Of a DNA stretch of 41,445 bases, positions 37,215-41,445 are shown piece by piece. The DNA comes from Octopus bimaculoides (Eukaryota), in contig NC_068983.1 of NCBI RefSeq assembly GCF_001194135.2, forward strand, positions 39,235,232 through 39,276,676, in the 5' to 3' direction. Under the pieces are notes generated by a model. It worked only from the letters and a program-made list of their open reading frames with translations. It ran no database searches and was not told the DNA's origin. Each line of letters begins with the position of its first letter. Within the stretch, counting starts at the first letter, position 1. Made by a program: the position numbers and the translations under genes.

Positions 37215-38168
37215 ATATNNNNNNNNNNNNNNNNNNNNNNNNNNNNNNNNNNNNNNNNNNNNNNNNNNNNNNNNNNNNNNNNNNNNNNNNNNNNNNNNNN
37301 NNNNNNNNNNNNNNNNNNNNNNNNNNNNNNNNNNNNNNNNNNNNNNNNNNNNNNNNNNNNNNNNNNNNNNNNNNNNNNNNNTATATATATATATATGCAT
37401 ATATACATACGTATATGTACATACTTACATCTATACGTATATATATGTGCATATGTGGGCACAGGACGTCATGAAACGTGTACAACAACAAAATATGAAG
37501 TAGGAGTACATGGAACATGAAGTATTTTTTCGAACAATGAAAGACACAAATGGAAAACAAAACAAACAACATAAAGAACGACCCTTCATCAGTTGTTGGC
37601 TGTTTTTCTACCCTCGTATTTCGAGCATTTAATGACAATATACGATTTTGATAAAACAGTTGCTCCCGCAAAGCAAATTAAATAAAATTTGGGATTTTGC
37701 AGAGGGTCAAAATTGGTAACACAAACAGGACAGTGAAAACAAAGAAGAAGGGCTGCTAAGCCTAAATGAGGCCAACGCATAAATCAAGCTTGAATATGTC
37801 TTCCTCGTTCCAGCTACAATGCAGAGAAAGAAACACAAGTTAGGAGAAGAAAGAAAGATAGCTGATGGTCATGTTGGACCACATGAGCAAGGGAGGAGGA
37901 GTGAGGGAGAGAGAGTGACAGAATAAGATAGAATAGTGGGAGAAGAGAAGGTAAAAGAATAAGAGAGAGAATGAGAGAAAAACGAAAGCGTAAAAAGATC
38001 ATATAGAGTGCACATCAGAATTAAGATAAAACTTACATGAAAGAGGATGCGTGGCAGCACATCATCTGATCCAGGAAAGACTGGAAATGTGGACATTAAA
38101 TGATGATGAATGATGATGATGATGATGATGACGATGATGATGATGATGATGACGATGATGATAACAAC

Positions 38169-38200
<32 letters not shown>

Positions 38201-38438
38201 CCGTGACGACGACGATGACAACAATGGTGAGCTGATGGAATCTTTAGCACACCAAGCAAAATGCTTAGCAGCATCTTGTTTGTCTTCATGTTCTGAGTTC
38301 AAAGTCTGCTGAAGTCAATTTGTCTTTCATCCTCTTGAGGTTGATAACATGAGTGCCAGTAGAGCATTGTGGTTGACGTAATCGACTGGCTCCCTACCCC
38401 CAAATTTCAGGCCTCGTGCCTATAGTGAAAGGATTATT

Positions 38439-38714
38439 ATACCAGCGCTGTCTTCTCTCTTGCACATTACATCTGATGCTGCGTATACCTAGTTTTCTTG
38501 TAAACAACAATGGTGATATCACAGATCCCTGATGCACACCAACTTTCACCGCAAACCCCTCCGACAGCTCTGATCCAACTCTAACTCTAGTCTTTATCCC
38601 TTCATAGAAACTCATCACTGCCCTCACTGTTACTTCTAGTACACCTTTCTTCCTCAATGCCCACTCAATCACCTTCCTTGGAACCCTATCAAATGCCTTC
38701 TCCAGATTAACGAA
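38439..38714 (-). mobile_element. RTE-clade LINE reverse-transcriptase fragment joined by deletion to a C-terminal segment
   Basis: FVNLEKAFDRVPRKVIEWALRKKGV...VKVGVHQGSVISPLLF (38714-38502) joined directly to TRKLGIRSIRCNVQERRQRWY (38501-38439). Confidence 0.9.
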
Positions 38715-38719
38715 GCCCA

Positions 38720-39000
38720 ACACTTGAAAGGAACTCAGCCACTTTGCCCCCGTGAGGCCCAACACTCAAAAGGTGTTCTTTACATGCCATCAACATGGGT
38801 ACATTTGGCTCGACGGGTCCTCTCAAGCACAGCACAATGCCAAAAGTTTCAGTCACCAGTCATTGCCTCTGTGAGGCTCAAAGTTCAAAGATCATGTTGC
38901 ACCACCTCGTCCCATGTCTTCCTGGGTCTACCTGTCTTTCAGGTTCCCTCCACAGCTAGAGATCACCACTTCTTTACACAGTTGTCCTCATCCATATGCA
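38720..39000 (-). mobile_element. RTE-clade LINE extreme C-terminus plus start of the 3' UTR
   Basis: HMDEDNCVKKW*SLAVEGT*KTGRPRKTWDEVVQHDL*TLSLTEAMTGD*NFWHCAVLERTRRAK, then ggcatgtaaagaacacc...gagtg, which is the 66-bp array motif. Confidence 0.85.
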
Positions 39001-39102
<102 letters not shown>

Positions 39103-40689
39103 AAAGGTGGTGAGAATGGCTGAAACATTAGCACACCAGGTGAAATGCTTAGCGGTATTTTGTCCGTCTTTACATTCTGAGTTCAAATTCTGCCAAGGTC
39201 GACTTTGCCTTTCATCCTTTCGGGGTCAAAATGCATAGTACCTGTATTCGAAAGGGCCAGCCTTGTTACACTTGGTGTCATGCTGAATCTATCTGAGAAC
39301 TATTTTAAGGGTATGTATGTCTGTGGAGTGCTCAACCATTTGCACGTTAATCTCATGAGCAGATCTAGTTGATCAGGTCAACTGGAACACTCATCGTCCT
39401 TACCGATGGAGTGCTGTTGTATAACTATATATTGTTGCTATTATGTTAAACTGTCGTACGTCGAAATTTGACCAAATGTTTTTTTTTTCAATATTCAATT
39501 TTGCTTGCAATAGCCTGTTCTTTTGGTCAAACTATCGTATCTCCAGCTGCTCCAGATGCCAAAATATGAAAATAGTGTAGTACAATGGTTTAGAATTTTT
39601 CAAAAATGTAGTAAGTCCCACATACGACTGTTTTGCCAAAATATTTCTGACTGAAAATATACATGCATGGACTTACGATTTTATGCACCCAACAAAGTAT
39701 TATTGTTTCAGCTGAAACTGTTGCTAATATGAAAAGAGATGGAATGGTGAAAGTATTTTTTTCCTTTTCCGATAAAGCAACGTTTTGGACTTACAACACT
39801 TTTACATAATAGCAGCGATATGGATTTACATGTATCACAATCTGTCTATCTACGACATTTATAACTATACACACACACACACACATATAATATGTAAGAA
39901 CGACCGTGCGAACTCAAAATAGGAGAAATGGTGACGAATGGAAAAACAGGGACTCCTTTTATTTAAACGCGTCACACGGTCGAACACAAAATATATATCA
40001 AAGATGATATACAAATATGTTATACTACGATAACATAGATTGCCAGTAATTAAAGACTATATTGAACACAACCGTATAAGATGAATAACAGAATTATTTA
40101 TTGTGGCGTTAAAATGTATGTCTGTGTGTGAGTGTGAATGCGACATATAAAAACATAATAAAAAGACAGGCCGTCGTATAAAGAAAAGAGTGTGTGTGAG
40201 TGATACATGTATGTGTATGCGTTATATACAGCAGATAAAAAGAGAGTCAGTAACACGTGAGCATTTATACCAGTTCTTGAGTACACAATAGGAAAAGTCT
40301 GTATGTGAAAGAAATTGAGGCTGTGTGTGTGGCAGAGCGATCACTAGTTGTGATGTTGTGGCTTCGATGCCGGGCCGGGTTCTTGTTATACAGATGTTCG
40401 TCGCTGGTTGAATTCTCTTGTCTATTATTAATCGTGGTGAATATGAAACACCTAACAGAATCGAAGAGAGAGAGAGATGTGCCGCGGTGTTTTGGATTGG
40501 TGTACATAGAAAGTCGTGTTGACGCTGGTGGCGAAGACGAATGCTTGGTAGTAGTCGTAGACTCGTGTTGCTGATGGCGACGGCGGTGGGTGGTCTTGGC
40601 TGGACGAAGCTGTTGATGGAGTCGCTGGAATTGCTGCTGCTGCTGTTGTGTGGTACACGGAACAGATTTCTGAGAGATCTGAACCGAGA

Positions 40690-40795
40690 CCAATTTGCTG
40701 GGTATAATCTAGTCTATTTAAAGCATTCTGGGGGCTCCAAGACTGTAGTAGAAAAACACTATCACGTGACCTTATTAGGAACTGTGATTGGTCAG
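40690..40795. promoter_or_regulatory. Candidate core promoter: CCAAT boxes, a GTCACGTGA E-box and a TATA-like element at the edge of a CpG-rich region
   Basis: ATTGG at 40787-40791 (minus strand ctgaccaatcacag), CACGTG at 40763-40768, minus-strand TTTAAATA at 40715-40722, plus-strand CCAAT at 40690-40694. CpGs are dense from about 39.4 to 40.7 kb, unlike the rest of the window. Confidence 0.5.
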
Positions 40796-41407
40796 TTTGC
40801 GTTCTGGCAAAGAAGAATTTGCCAGNNNNNNNNNNNNNNNNNNNNNNNNNNNNNNNNNNNNNNNNNNNNNNNNNNNNNNNNNNNNNNNNNNNNNNNNNNN
40901 NNNNNNNNNNNNNNNNNNNNNNNNNNNNNNNNNNNNNNNNNNNNNNNNNNNNNNNNNNNNNNNNNNNNNNNNNNNNNNNNNNNNNNATATATATAGTTAT
41001 ATATATTATATCTTTAGATGTTTAATTGTGCATGTATTTACTTATATAGCTATAACCATATTTACATATACAACTGTCTGTGTATTTACATTTATAATAT
41101 TCTCTTGAAGATTACAGATGATTAATGAATCTTAGAGACAATCTGTCAAACAAACCTAAAATAACAGAGAGTATTCTGATATAATATACAAATACTGTAC
41201 ACTATTAACTAACAATATTTCAATGTCTATCTGCTTCTTCAAGTGTCTACAATTGAGATAAATATCGGTTAGTTAATTTAGAATGTGAGATAACACATGC
41301 AAGCACACACATGCACGCGCACATACACACATATGCACACACATATATGCACTCACATATACACACACACACATGCAGGCACAAACATGAACACATGTGC
41401 ACACATT

Positions 41408-41445
<38 letters not shown>

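Noticed and set aside
40265-40996. ORFs 40265-40693(-), 40305-40574(+), 40452-40658(-), 40541-40996(+)
   Set aside because: Overlapping low-complexity frames in GC-richer DNA with non-ATG or weak starts and no recognisable domain; better explained as UTR or promoter sequence.

Overview
Eukaryotic, AT-rich, repeat-dense scaffold window with N gaps. The SINE/LINE families and microsatellite load are typical of an Octopus (cephalopod) genome; this is an inference. One host gene is well supported: the last four coding exons of a divergent Src-family-like tyrosine kinase on + (2101-2357; 5395 running into the 5408-5867 gap; 13923-14054; 17886-18064). Its kinase domain ends ...HDCHSTS* with no C-terminal inhibitory tyrosine, and the HRD/DFG exon is hidden in the gap. 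The rest is mostly mobile DNA: three tRNA-head SINE families, many RTE-LINE 3' ends carrying a 66-bp minisatellite, RTE and RLE (R4/NeSL-like) LINE fragments, and piggyBac-, hAT- and pogo-type non-autonomous elements, often nested. A Penelope-like GIY-YIG tail is followed directly by a complete-core minimal type I hammerhead ribozyme (24811-24871, minus). A CpG-rich, promoter-like region at about 39.4-40.8 kb may start an unidentified minus-strand transcript.
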